A stretch of DNA of 64,000 nt from Antedon mediterranea (lineage: Eukaryota; Animalia; Echinodermata): NCBI RefSeq assembly GCF_964355755.1, contig NC_092672.1, forward strand, positions 6,386,001 through 6,450,000, read 5' to 3'. Each line of letters starts with the position of its first letter. Positions within the stretch are counted from its first letter, which is position 1. The notes under the pieces are model-generated. The model searched no databases, was not told the origin of the DNA, and saw only the letters and a list, made by a program, of their open reading frames with translations. The position numbers and the translations under genes were made by a program. Positions 28,301 through 43,300 of the stretch are shown here, in pieces.

Positions 28301-31300
28301 GCAAGCGACAGCATGGCTACGTTGTTGTCTTAATTATACCTTCACTGATGCATATGTGGCTATAATGACATTCATCAACTACCCAAAAGGGAATTTCCCT
28401 TTTTAGCCTTTAATCATTGAGTGGCTATCTCAAATTCTATGTTTCTTTTTTCTTACAAATTTTTCATGCTTACTTGATAAAATTTATTTTTAAAGCAAAC
28501 TACATTGCAAGGAATATGCGGAACACTTTCATATTTAAGGTAATATCTCAGTTACGTTTGATTGATGAATATGGTCACTGGTACATATATTGACTTACGC
28601 ATTACAATTTACCTGGAATTTCAGCTTGGTTGATTTGGGGTTGGAGGGACCTGTAATTATTTAAGGTCGGTGATTTTTTGCTGACAATGTTTTAAATGTA
28701 CATATAGAGCATGTTTGGTACACTATTCAAAAAGAGTAGGTGATCGTCGCCCGATGTTGACGCTGCACTGCTGTCTGCCATGGGTCTGTTGAGGGCCTAA
28801 TACGCATTTTTAATTTTCCAGTTAAGCTTGAGGACCAGAATAAATACATTTACATATTTCTCATTAACCAATTGTTGATGTCTTTATTTCTTACCTGTTT
28901 CATCTTGGGTGGGTTGCATAGGATCATAAGTGTCGCTTTGGTTTGGTTCATCGTAATTAAATGATATAGCACTATAATTCGTTTCTGATGCTGCAATTGC
29001 TTCATTTAGTCTTTTAATTTCCTCCTCTGAAAAGAAAATTTAATTGGAATATTAGAGGAAAGGAGAATTTATACGTTGGTAACGATCTTAATACATAGTA
29101 AAGCTCTGTCTATATTGTGACAAAAACATAAATTGACATGAGGATGTCATACTGTATCACTACCATATTTGGGCATATCATTACCATATTTGGCCATATC
29201 ACTACCATATTTGGGCATATCATTACCATATTTGGGCACATCACAATTTTTTTGTTAAACTAGCTAGCTAATTTGTAGACAGAGCTTTACACAACATTTA
29301 AGAAACATCTCTCCAACTTTCATCGTTCTAAAGCTCTGTCCACACTATTATCAAACTACAGGTAGTTTGACCAAAGAAGGGTGGTAGTGATATGCCTAAA
29401 TATGGTAGTGATATGACATCATCATGTCCATATATGGGCATATCACATTTTTTGTCACATAAAGTTTGATAGTGTAGACAAAGCTTTAGAGTAAAAAAAA
29501 AAATACATATAACATGAATGTTGACCATTTTCAAAAGATAAAAAAATAAAAACAGTGTTTGAGTATAGTAACTACTGTACCATAGTAATTTACTTTTTAT
29601 AAGGTGGTGTACTGTAGTGGAACATGAACAATTGGTCATTAAATCTGCATGTTGTTATCTTTACATAGAATGTGTATGATGAAACCAGTTTTAGCTGGAT
29701 TCACAAGCCACATTTCCCTGTAGCAAGCAGCAAAGCAAGCATGATCTTAAGTAGAATAATTCAAAGACAAAATCGACATAACATTTAAATACAGATTTCA
29801 AATTATAAAGTTACTGTATAAATACCTAACGTGTAAAATTATGAAAAAACTACTCTACTTTTCTGACATTTTGGAAAAATATAAAATAGTAAATTAATAC
29901 TAATATATTATGCTGAGGCCAAGTATTAAACTATGCTTCAGTAACAGTAAAAACTGCATTTTTGCTGAAAAAGATGCGATCAAAGTATTCAATCTCTCCC
30001 ACAAAAAAACCTAATCCAAAATGTTCGCATTTATTATAGCAAGTCCACTTCTTTAACAAAATTTAAAAAACATCTTTTAAATGATATAAAATTTGGTTTG
30101 CTTACTGTTAGGTTTTGAAATGATCCATAAAAACGTACAATTAAAATGTTTTTAATGAAAACCTAATTGTACATACAGAAAATGACAATGATAAATATTT
30201 AAATAAATTAATCAATCAAAATTCATATATCGCCATCACCAAATATAAAGAGATTTAACCTATATATTCATAAATATGGTCACTACAAATCATATTAGAC
30301 AATTATTATTATTATTGCTAAATAAATAAACCACTCTGAAAAAGAGTTTTGTTGTCAAACATGAAAGAACACATTCATCTTCTGGATGCTACAACCAGGG
30401 AGTTTCTCCCTGCTACAACCTTGACCAGTATTATAAATCATACTATTCTACAGTACAGCATTTCTAATATTTAAAAATACTGCAAGTGTAACTCCGTAAA
30501 CAAATTCACAATGATATTTATCCAAACTGACAATGACATTGAATAATCTGATCTGGTTTAGTCCTCCTAGGAATCATGTCAAAATTATTCTAACCCCTGT
30601 ATTAATCCTACCCCCACCTCCCCCACCCCTCTCCAGAAAAAAACATGCTGTAGGACATAGTTACTGCAGTACTGTTCCGTTATAACACAAATAAATGTAG
30701 TGTTATCTGGCAAATAAGAAACCAAATTTGTTCAAAAGTATAAGTTTTAATTTTGCAAAATAAAGGAACTTTACTGATGTATATTAATAAAAAAAATACT
30801 GTAAATATTAAAAATAAAACAAAATTGTTATTTAATATTAATTTGTATAATATTTTACCAACCAAAAGAATGAACCGGAAGTAACCCTTCTGTACTTGTA
30901 CAATACATATCTAACAATAACATGGACATCCAACAACTGTACTCTAATATACCATCATCTTCTCTATAAACGTACGACCCCGTAGCAGAGTTAGAACAGT
31001 CTGATAAAGTAGATATGTATACAACAATGGCCTTCAATATGACTGGAAATTTCCATCACTGTTGTTGGCAATTGGTGTGTAATGATACAGTACACTAATA
31101 CTTTCAACGGAGATCCTTTAATAAACACAATGCAACACAAAATACAGGTAGATTTCCTATACTACAAGCCCAAAGTAAAAACATATAGGGTAGTGGAAAA
31201 AGTGATTAATTTTGTGAGTAATAGAGTTGATAGGGTGTATTTGTTTACATTATGTTGTACTGTATCTGTTTTATTTATTCCATTCTATGCAGATTGGTAG

Positions 31301-34300
31301 GGTTCACAAAAAAAGCAATCACGATTATTGTAGGGTAGTGGAAAAAGTGATTAATTTTGTGAGTAATAAATAGGGTTGATGTGTGTTTGTTTACCTAGGT
31401 ATACTGTTTCAGTTTTATTTTATTTATTTTATTCTTTGTAAAGATTGGTAGGACTCACAAAAAAAAAAACAATCAAGAGTACATTTTTTATAATAAATAT
31501 ATGGTAGTGGAAATTGTTACTCATTTTGTGAGGAATATGGTTGATGTGCTTGTTTACTGCACATAAAAGTAAACCGTTTTATTCTTCTTATGTAGATAGC
31601 ATTCATTGGTAGACAAAAGTTATTATTTCAGAAAAGCAAATTTAACCAAGATATTTTTTATAACAAATTTAATGCAGTAGTGGAAATTGTGACTAATTAT
31701 CAGGAATAATAGAATTCGTGCACGGTATATAATTGCAGAATTTAAAAAAAATTAAATTTGTGTTAAAAATATATCATTTGGGTACACACAATAGTGGAAG
31801 TTTTGATTAAATGATTAATTTTTTGTTTTGTTTCATATATTCAATTAGATGTTAAATTAATTAGATGTTATTCAATTAGATGTCAAAACTTCATTCACTT
31901 TCCTGCTAAATTGCATAAGATTTTGATAATAATGATAGCAAAATGTAAAATATTTACATTAGATATTTATCAAAAATAGAATAAGTATTTGTAAGTTTGT
32001 TTTAATTGTGTCGATGACAATATTTGATCATGAGGTTTAAAAGTTCAAGTTAAATACAGTAGGGGAATTGAAGAGCTTTTATTTCTGCTTATTTAAATAT
32101 AATGAAGATTTTAATCTAGGTAGTTTTGTACAGTAATTAATTCTGATACATATTACAGTACATATTATACTACAGCATAAATAAAGTTAAAAAAGACTTT
32201 ATGGAAGTGACAGAAGAGGATAAAATCATCAGTAATTCAAAAGAAATCAATCATTGAAGTAGTAAAAGTGGACGATTTCTACATGGATAGTTTAAAGAAG
32301 TTCAATAAATAAAAATTATGATAAATTTTTTAAAAGATATATTTTTCTGGGTTTATAGTCATCGTGAAAAAATCAAAATTGATTTTACATAGCTTGATGA
32401 CAACTTGGACAAAATTGAAAGCCCCCTAATATACTGTACTGATGCAGGTATAACGACAACAACCTAAGCATGAATTACATGCAGTTTGGTGGGTGAGATT
32501 ATTCATATATTACAGTATACTTGAGGATGGGCTTATACCTGAGAGGGTGGGCTTGTACCCGAGAGAGTGGGCTTATACCTGCAACAGTTAGTAACAGTAT
32601 GCCTGTTTGTGACTTCCAATGTTACTAAAGTTCATAGATGTTTGTGTTCCTTGAATTGTTTATAACTAACAATACACTACACTATAAACAAATTAAAAGT
32701 ATGTTGTAATTTAACTATAGGTACAGTGGACAATGAAAGCAATCATTATTTGTATATTACCATTCATAAATAATAAGGTATTGTTTCCTGTGGCGTGCCG
32801 GTTACATGTGTTAAAATGTTTGTACATTGTACATACAGTAGGGTGCATTTTTTATATCTCCGCCCACCACATTACTTTTCATATAACATCCCCTTTACAG
32901 CTTTATACAGGATAACCACCATCTGGTTAACAATAATTTTAGTCCCCTCCCAAGGCTTCTTGCTACTCGGTACTAACGACTCTGCACATGCTCACTAATG
33001 TTTCAGTTTTGTGCTTCTAAGCCAATAAAAAGTTAGAAATATGTGCCACCGAAATATGAAGAAAAAGATTGAAATTTAGCATTTCATAATAAATTTGCCT
33101 TTCAACAACTGACCTTAATCTTATCCCTAAAAAGGGTTTGTTTGCTGTTAAAATGGTTAATTTAAGGACGTGATTCAATTTGTGTTTTTTTAAAGAAAAA
33201 AATTGTTTTAAAGGCTTAATAGATTTTGTGTAATATCATCAGTCAACCAAAATGCCTACAATAAATATGAATTTCACATAATTTAAATAAATGAGCAAAT
33301 TTCTTATTACTTATTATAATTACTGCCCCTTATTACAGGAAATCACAATACCCAATGATTTCTTGTTTTTATTATAGTGTAGTAAATCAAGGCCATGTTC
33401 AATAGATCATGTAATTTTATGTCTCGGGGGGGAAACTATTCAAGAGACATAGGAATATACTAAGTTGATCAATGGAATAATAATAATTTATGATTGAGAA
33501 CAAAGTATTGTAATTTAATATATCTATGTATATAATTATATTACAGTACTGTAATGTACAGGTAGATGAAAGTGATGGAATTTCATGTGGTATGCACTGT
33601 ATGAAGGAAATCGTGAATAACTAAAATTAGTCAAAATACTGAGACATTTTTCTATTTTCAAACCTAAACTTTAAGCTGCCTTGTTTACAACCATCTTCTT
33701 TTCACTAGCTCAATTTAAAAACTCTATTTTCACTCATTTTTTCTCTCTATATAAAGCCAGACACCTTGTCTAAACAACCACCTTTAACTTGACTGCTACA
33801 GCATTTTACTATCTTTGATAAACCCAATTACAGATTTCTGAGAACAACCAAATAGTGGGTATTAAGTGGATATTGACCTTATTCGCAACATTATGCACAA
33901 AAATTAGAATTGTAGATAGAACGTCGCAAACCGAGTATCCTGTTGAGTGGAATCTGTGAATGTCTTGAGTTCCAAGGTTAAATTATCTTACATGCTGTAC
34001 TGTATATTTCCATCAACGATTTAACCCACACATTAACTTTAAATGTGGACTGTCAATTTTTTCCAACTAGGTTCAATTTGTTCATACCATGTACAGTATG
34101 AAAACATTGTGCATGTATTTTTAGTTTATTTATAAAAAACGTGTTGCTTTTATAATGTACAGTATTGTTTGGATAGAAGTTTAGTTACTATACTATATTC
34201 ATTATAACTCAGGCCTATTATAAAGGATTGTTTTTACACAATGTTGCTAATCGAAACAGACCTTTATCAATAAAACATACAGATAGAAATAAATTTTTAC

Positions 34301-37300
34301 ATGATTTTAAAAGTTTATTTCTTAAAATTGTAATACAATAGTAAAGATTTTATTAATCTGGTATCTGCAATTATATCTGAATGATAATATAACTTTAACA
34401 ATTTAAAAACTGATAAAATAACAATCATTTTAAAACAGCCCACTTGTTGCTAATGTGATAACTCATAAGTTAATTGATAACATAAAAATTTAACAATGGT
34501 AATAAAACACAAATAAAAAATGAAATTTACAGTCTAATACACTAGAAAGAAGATATAATGTGTAATAATAGATTGATGCTAGCGATAGGAGAACACCTTT
34601 TACAAACACAATATGGATCATATGTAAATAATAGTGCCTGGTTCACCGCCTACTCATTGCAGCAATGAACATTGGACACAATCACAACAAAGCCAAGCTC
34701 CATCCGGTGGCATTCAATATTATTGAATACTGTACATCAGCTGATTAGCTTACAAAGAAATATCTAAATGAATGTTGCTAAAGTAAAAGATTTTTAATAT
34801 CATTTCTAAAATGAAATTATTATTATTATTATTTTAAAATAATAGTATTGTTTCCAAGAAGAATAATCTGATGTTGTTAAATGTTGTTTTAAAATTCTGT
34901 ACTGTTTGTTAACTGAAATTGTGCATAATTACACCTGTACCTGTATGTGTGCAAATTACCTCATTTGAATAAGTGTCACCTAAGGAACAAATAGGATTCC
35001 ACAAGCTTGATCTTTATTTTTTGATAATTTATACCGTACAATGTCTGGAGACCCACATTGCATTAATTTACTATGAATAGTATTGCATTAGGGTTGTCCC
35101 CTGCATTAGGGTTGTCCCCTGAATAGGGGTTGGCTGTAATGTTGGGAAAATTGTCCCTTATTCGTTGCACACAAAAGTGTCACAAATGAAAGGTTCAATT
35201 GTATTGTAACTCTTAAATAAAAGTGTGTGTAGTATTAGTAAATGAAAATGGCTGTCACAGTTTTTATATTTCTAATCGTTGATGAGGTTAAGCTCAACAT
35301 TATTCCAAAAACAGCTTCACTTTGTGATCCGATGCAGATACATGTAACACAACTTTTTTTGTTAATACTAATTATAGCTTGTTATGATACCTTGTTTATT
35401 AAATCACAAATATAATTCTAAAGTTATTTTTAAGGGGAAATATTTTTAAAGCATTCTCATATTTATTATTTTATTTATTTATATATTTATATTTATTTTA
35501 TATTACAGCTTCACTTTGTAATCCGATGCAGATATCACAAAATTTATTTTTAATATTATTATGAATTGTTATGATACCTTGTTTATTAAATCACAAATAT
35601 AATTCTAAAGTTATTTTTAAGGACATATTTTTAAAGCATTGTCATATTTACTACAAGTATTCCTGTATTGTTTACTGTATAATGGCAATGCCAGTAATTT
35701 TCCACTCCATGTGTGAAAGGTTAACTTCAATATTTTATGCATGGCACAGGTGATGTCTGATGGTTAAGTCTTGTTATAGTAAACAAATAGTTCATAATTA
35801 TATATGAGGGTAACCTTCGTTAATCAATTAATTCATTACTTAAAATTTCTCATAAATATTCACATACGTTTCTGCAACACTAACTTATCAAAAACAAACA
35901 AGTCCTTATGGTAAACACCATATGTTGACAGTAGGTATAAACTGAGAAATGTCAGTGGTGTTTTTAAAATGTTTAGTCAATATCAGGTAAACATTCAAAT
36001 TAAACAAAGGCCAATGTCGGTTTATCCAGGTAAGCTAGGCACGAAGACAATACAAATCATCCTAAATATCTTAACAGATACAAATAATATAACATTGTGT
36101 ATTGATTGTAGAAAAATGTCAAATTAAGAAATTATAAATGTAATTAATTAATAATTAATCAAGAAATTGAAAAATAGGGAAAAAGTCGGTCTAATTGAGA
36201 AGGTATCACAGTGATTTAACAAGGAAATCCAGCATTAATCTAATGAAGTCTGAAGGGTTAGGCGACATTCATAAATTAGCTGATCAGATCTGGACTGTTG
36301 AGACGAAGCTAGAACATCCGGAAAATTGGAATAGAAAGATGTAAATTCCCAAGTGGTATACATGAAAATCCGCAGTATAATATCAATAGGGAATCATTAT
36401 AATGAGTTTATCATTCATAAGCATCAATTAATCTGCAAAGGTCTACTGTACTTTCAAACAAGAACCATAATTTCAAACAAGAACCATACTGATGATACTG
36501 TATATTCCTAACATTAAATACTAGTCTTGTACATGTTGGAAGATTTTCAGACCCAAGGGGAGGAGAAAGAAGAAAATAAGAGGACAGGAAGAATGGAGAA
36601 AAAGAAAGGAGGCAGAGGATGGAAAGGATGGAAAAGAGAAAAAGGAATTATGGAGAATAGGAAGGAAGGGAAAAAAGGGAGGAGAAGGAGACTTAGAGAT
36701 TTAGTTTATAGTACCTTTGAAATAAAACTAACAATGATCATGAGATAGCACAACAGTGTTAATATTTTAGTATCTTTATACATTAAAATAAGAAGTTAGA
36801 AGTAATATTCTTGACAGGCTTACTATTTACTCTTATTTAAAAATTGTTGTTTTTTGTATGTACTGTACAGTAATGCAGATTAGTGGGACTGGGTCCATCT
36901 TTAGCCCCTTGCATAGAAATAGTCAGTCAGTTTGCTGACTGACCAATTAGTAAACATTTCACTAAGTAACTATTATTTATTAATATACTGTACATCACTC
37001 ATTTTAAATTGGGATATAAATCTAACCAACTCTTTTGGTACTAAAATATGAATGAAATATATTGGAGATGACAGCTAGACTGACAGGTGAATTATTTTAC
37101 AGTTAACAACTTAACACTGATAAAAAAAAGAAGAAAGTAGGACGACAAACACATGAGAAGGTTCACATAAGTTCATGTTTTACATTGATCACAGCAGACA
37201 CTTAAAAATACAGCACCCATAATCTATTAATCATTAAAAATTATGAATTTTATCAATGAAGTAAAATTTTGAAATTTTTTATTTTTAATTAAACAATGCT

Positions 37301-40300
37301 TTACGTTGTTTTAGATCGATAGAGTGTGTGTTGCATTACCTGGCATAGATTTTAATTATTTAATACTTGTTTTCCCCCAGGCTAAGTATAACTACGCTAT
37401 ACTATATCTTGTGCCTTACTGTACATACCACTGTGTCAGCCCAAACTACAGTGTAGTGTAGTAGTAATAATATCATGTCAATCCACTTGCCCACTAGGCT
37501 ATTGCAGACTACTACAAATACAGTATATTTCTATAATAAATTACGACAACCACAACATTACATTATTTCAACTAAGAACATTTGAATCGTTGTTTATTTT
37601 TAAAGAAGCATCTACTTTGTATGCTCTAAATCATTGTGGTACTATAAAACCACAAACATGAAGACAGCTAGTCTAATCTCTAAGCCACTTCTGCATTTTA
37701 CAAAGCCAATTTCTTTCCTCTATCACTACCCAATAAAAGTTACGCTGGTCCCTCCTGAAATATATTTAATCCCCACCCACAACTCCCCCATAATGTAGCG
37801 TGACAAAGTATACTGTACCAAGGCCAATCTTCTAGGTACTTTAAGATAAAGGAAGCTGGACTTAAACCCCTGAACACGTTTTTTATATTGAAAATTGAAA
37901 CCTAAGCCAAGCTGGCCTAGAATTCTTCCTTACCGTATATTTCGGTGTATAAGTCGCACCTGTGTATAAGACGCACCCCCAACTGAGAGTAAAATATCGG
38001 TATTTTTTATATCGTCGATGTATAAGACGCACCTTATATTTCATCAAAACAATGTTTTTTTAAATTGTAATCAATATTATTGTGATAATATATTTTGTTA
38101 TATCTACAACGGCGTCCTTTATTTAGGTTTTTTCTTACCTAGGCTCGGCCGCGCCCAGCCTCAACAAGTTCTTTCTAACTTGTTATTCATGAGTTTCGCC
38201 GCAACATCGAGTGCATGACCGTGTGTGTAACACGCACGTGTGTGGGCTAGCCTCGCTCGATCATTTCGAGAGGGCGCACGTTTTCACGGACAATCGTATT
38301 CGATTAGTATCTATGTATCCGAGAAGTGTGTACGCTAGGTCCACGCTATAATCACCTGGAGAATATACTAGTCGAATACCGTACACCATGTGCCACCAAA
38401 AGAAGGGCTTGCGCTTGGGGTACGGCGATCGTGCGTATAACTACTGTATAAATAAATACTATTCCAATCGTACGACGTAAAAACGTTTACAAATGAAATT
38501 TTATCGGAGCGCCATAATGAACAAATCTTTTCATCATATTTAGTATAACATCATGCTAAAATGACTTGAAAACTAGGCCTAGGCTAGGCAGAAGCAGGTT
38601 GCCGTTATGTTAGTTAGTTACTGTAGCTAGGCCTAGCCTACTCAGGCCTAGCAAACGAGGTGACGATAGCCTAGGCCTATGTACAATCTGTGTGGTGAGG
38701 CATTTATGTTCGGTGTATAAGACGCACCCTTAATTTGGAGGTCAAATTTGCGTGTCAAAAGTGCGACTTATACACCGAAATATACGGTACATAACTTTAT
38801 TCTTCAGTACCAATTACATAAATCTATAGTACTAGTAGATAGAAAACTTTACCGGTACCAGTGTACTACAGACAGTATACTATTCAAAATTTATGATTGA
38901 TAAAAACACATTGACATTATGGAATCAATATCATCTCATTATCATTTAAATAATTTGAATATATGCATAGCGCCAACCAATTGTATGATAATTAACAGCG
39001 TGAAAATACTGTATTATAATTGATAATATACCGTAATACATGAAGTATGTATGAAGTTCTATAATGCATTATAAAGTAATTAATTTTTGACTGGTAGAAT
39101 GTACTATAACCATGGATGACATGTTAATCAATAACTACTGTAGTATTTATGTCCTATTTATGAGTTTGACAAAAAATGTGATGTTCCCAATGGAAACGAT
39201 GATGTCATATCACTAATGAATTTGGACATCACTACCATATTTGGACACATTATACTTTTTTGTCAAACTAGTTTGATAGTGTAGACAGAGATTTACACAT
39301 TTATTTCAAAGACAGACATTATAATCCTAGTTTTGAAATTTCCCAATACTAAATGTCTGGTTGATATTTGTATACTATTAAGAGAAAGTCAAGCTTAAAT
39401 CTAGTCTAGGAACGTAATTGTTGTCCAAAACAATACAGTCTAGCCTGTCATGTAAAATTATTCTATGTGGCTGTTTTTACATTTTGTTTTAAGTCATTTT
39501 TCAGTAATTTTCTTTTTCAGGATTTATTTATTTAAAATACTTAACTACTGTATTTTATTTGACTATTTTGTGATAAAAGTTCCCTGTGGTCCAATAAAGA
39601 CAAGGCATTCAACTGTACAAAAACAAATTTTTTTATAATTTATATCAATATTAAGATTACATTTTTTGTAAAGAGAAGATAAACAAGGCCACATACATGG
39701 TGCAGTCACATGCTCAAATTTGAGTTAGTGTTTACGTCGGACCGACCGACCATCCAACCGTCTAGTGAGCTGTAGAGTTGTGTTGCACGCGACTAAAAAT
39801 ACAAATTTTAATACCATAAAGAACTGTCAAATTTGAAGTTTGAAAAAAAAAATAAAAATTCTTTGGGGCACAAAATTTGTAGGAACGGATCACTATAGTA
39901 TATAAGGGTGTTTCCATAAATTAAGGGGCCAGTGGGTATTTTAGTATTGGTGATAGTTAGTTTGCTGTTTACTCTAAATTGGTAATAGTTATTTAAAAAA
40001 TAATTTTATCATATGATAGAACAATAATATGGGTTAATACTATTACATGTTGGAAAAAAAAAATTGCAAAAAAAAACGATTTAAAAAAAAAATATATCGT
40101 GGTGTCTAGCTCATTTTATTAAAATATGTGTGACATTTAAATACACTGACATATCAGAGTTTAAAAAATATAGTACAGCAATAGTTATTTTGTATTTATT
40201 TATCATCACAATAGAGTACAAAGCAACGTTAAATATAAGCTAATTACAATTTCCCACGATTTTTTGTTTTCCACACAACGGTCCGCGACGTCCAGCATCA

Positions 40301-43300
40301 CAACGTAACATTTCGTGTCTCACTTTGTTACGTTGTTAGTACGATCTTTATTAGTGAACAGACACAAGAATTACCACTATAATGACGAAAATCGAATTAC
40401 ATTCACTACAACAGATCACTGAAATTTACCTTACACAATGTTCTACAAAATGGCGATTTTATTTAGTCAGTTACAGACGAAAAACAATTTTTTTAGAACA
40501 TTTCGTGTCTCGTATATTCGTTACGTAGTTATTCATAGACCATCGGTGGTGAACGCCGCGAGAGCTATTTCTGAAGTTGAAGGTCACGTGATTCAAGAAG
40601 CAGGCGAACTAAAGTCTCGGCGAAAAAATCATCGCTAGGATCCGCGCTAATTTCGAGTTACAGCGGTAGAGACTTTTCGTGTCCCTCTGTTACGTTGTTT
40701 CAACTGTTACGTTGTAAATAACTTCTACGCGCTTCATTGCATGTAAGTTTTGTGTATTTTTATTTTGTTAGTTTTTAGAATTTAGAAAATAGTGGGTTAT
40801 AATGAAAAATACAAGAAAATTAAACGCCAAAACTATCTTCGTACTCTACGTCAACATCATAGTCAAAAACTGGGTGTCGTATACACAATGAGACACGGTT
40901 ACGTTGGTAGTTTGTTGATACTATATAGTTGATATTTGTTTTAATGTGGTAGGAATGTTGTTTATCTCATAGCAGCTTCATAATGTATACTCAATAAACA
41001 GATATGTCTATAATTGATTAATATTTAACAAATTAATGAGCAAAATTGCAAAACATTTTCCACTAGGCAGGTTACAGCGTAACATCGTAGAAGATACGCC
41101 GTGTCTTGTTACGTAGTGTACTAGACCTTATACTGGTGTAGTATTTTGCAAATAATTAGCAATTAGTTACCATAAAATCTTTAAATTTTACATTATGCGT
41201 TTGCTATTTGGTTATTGCTTCTATATGACACAGAAAAATAAAAAGTTATTTAATTATTGTCACAAGAAATAGGGATAAAAGTTCATAGTTTACAACCACT
41301 TTCAGAATAAAAACAAATTCGTCGTTTTTTACTATTCTATTTGTTACTGTGGGAAAAAAAAGAATTGTATTTGGTTTATTTCAGTTATAATAAAAAACAT
41401 ATTACACAAAATAATGTGTAATATTAGTACATAATTTTGTTTATTTATTTAACGTTGCTATTCGACAAGATAAAATATGAATTAAATGTTTACTATAATA
41501 TACATTTAAAATACCCTCCACTATAGTGAGCGAGTCCAAGCAACTTGGTTGTCGCGTATGCGCGCCTATCATATTTGGGCGATTTCACTTGATGTGTAGG
41601 GAATATTTAACTTGTTTCAATTACAATCTACGGAAGATATACTAAGGTTTTATAAATTTAACAATAATTAATAACTTTATTTAAATTGATAAAAACAATT
41701 ACGTATAATATAAACGCAAGGCTGTGGATAACAATTTATTATGAACGAAATCAAATCAAAACAACAAAGAACAATAGGTTCTCCAGTAATAGGATAGTAG
41801 GCCTATTGCCACGTGCTTGGGCAATGAACTCTGCTCCACATTGCGATAAGTTTATTTTTAGCTGGCTCGGCGACTCCGAAGCTGAAAGGGGTGACTGGTA
41901 TTTCTACAGGTCTGTACGATAATTATTAAGGGTTTTCCGAAATATCACGTGCTTGGCTATAATGAACTCTCCTCCACATTGAGATCGCGTTTATTTTTTA
42001 GCTGACTCGGCGACTCCGGCAATATTTCTACAGCGACAGTATATATACTCCATGTACGATAATTATTAATAGGGTTTTCCGAAACACCACGTGCTTGGCT
42101 AATAAAATTCTCCTCCAAATTGAGATCGCGTTTATTTTTAGCTGTTCAGTTTGATGAACCTTTATTTTTTAATTTTTATTGAAAACCATCGTGATTGCCG
42201 GTCTCGGCGACTCCCGGTGCTCAAATGGGGTGACTGGTATCATTTCGGTCATGGTTCGGTGAACCTTTATTTTGTTGGCCAAAACCCACACGCTTGCTTC
42301 GTCGGCTCCCTACAAAGAGATCGCGCTTAGTTTAATGGGGAACCTTTATTTACTCTTCGTTTTAAATATATTCCATAGACTTCAACATTATAACTAGTCT
42401 ACTGTTTTCCCGATGTGGTTTAAAAACAATTATAAAAGAATGAGAAATAAAGTCAACAGACATTTTACAACATTTAAAAATAATACGTAAAAAACATTTA
42501 TACCCAGTATAACTAAGACAAAATTATCAGTAACATATTAATTTTATTATAATAATAAAATGATAATAATAAATATTTGATGAATAAAATTAATATTTTA
42601 AACTAATAATCTGAAAAGAAAGCAATAGTTTTAGTCAAATCAATTTATGAGCATAACTCAAGAAAGACAAATATATACAGTGTTCATTTATTGTTTTATA
42701 ATTAATAATAATAAATATTATAATCCATCAACATAAGATAAGAAAACACTTTCTTTAGTATAGTAGGCCTAACATATTTTATAATAATAATAGATATATT
42801 TATTTTTATTTAAATTTGTATAATTTATATTAAAAATACTTAATTACATACTTTATATTTCTATATGATGATGAATCAAATTTAACCCAGATGGGCAAAT
42901 CTAATGTTTCATTGTCATTTTTTTCATCTATACAGATCAGCAGTTTATCAACAATGTTACCGTTCCAATTGAAAACTGCATTTAACCCCAAAAATAGAGA
43001 GTGTTGACAAAGTGCGAGGCAAGCGAGGCATGCGCGGCATGCCAAATATTTGTGCGAGGCATCATTTTATCATTTCCAAAAGTGCGAGGCATGCGAGGCA
43101 TATAGTTTACAATTTCAAAAAGGTGCGAGGCATATCTTAACGTGCTATTATGCTATATTATAGGCCTAATAATCAATCGATACAAGCGTATCTAAATAGA
43201 TTCGTGTATACACTCATCATGTTGTTTATATTTATGTAACGATTGTTTTTTCATTCAAGTCATAGGCCTATCGTGTCAAATTTTACTTTTACAAAAGTGC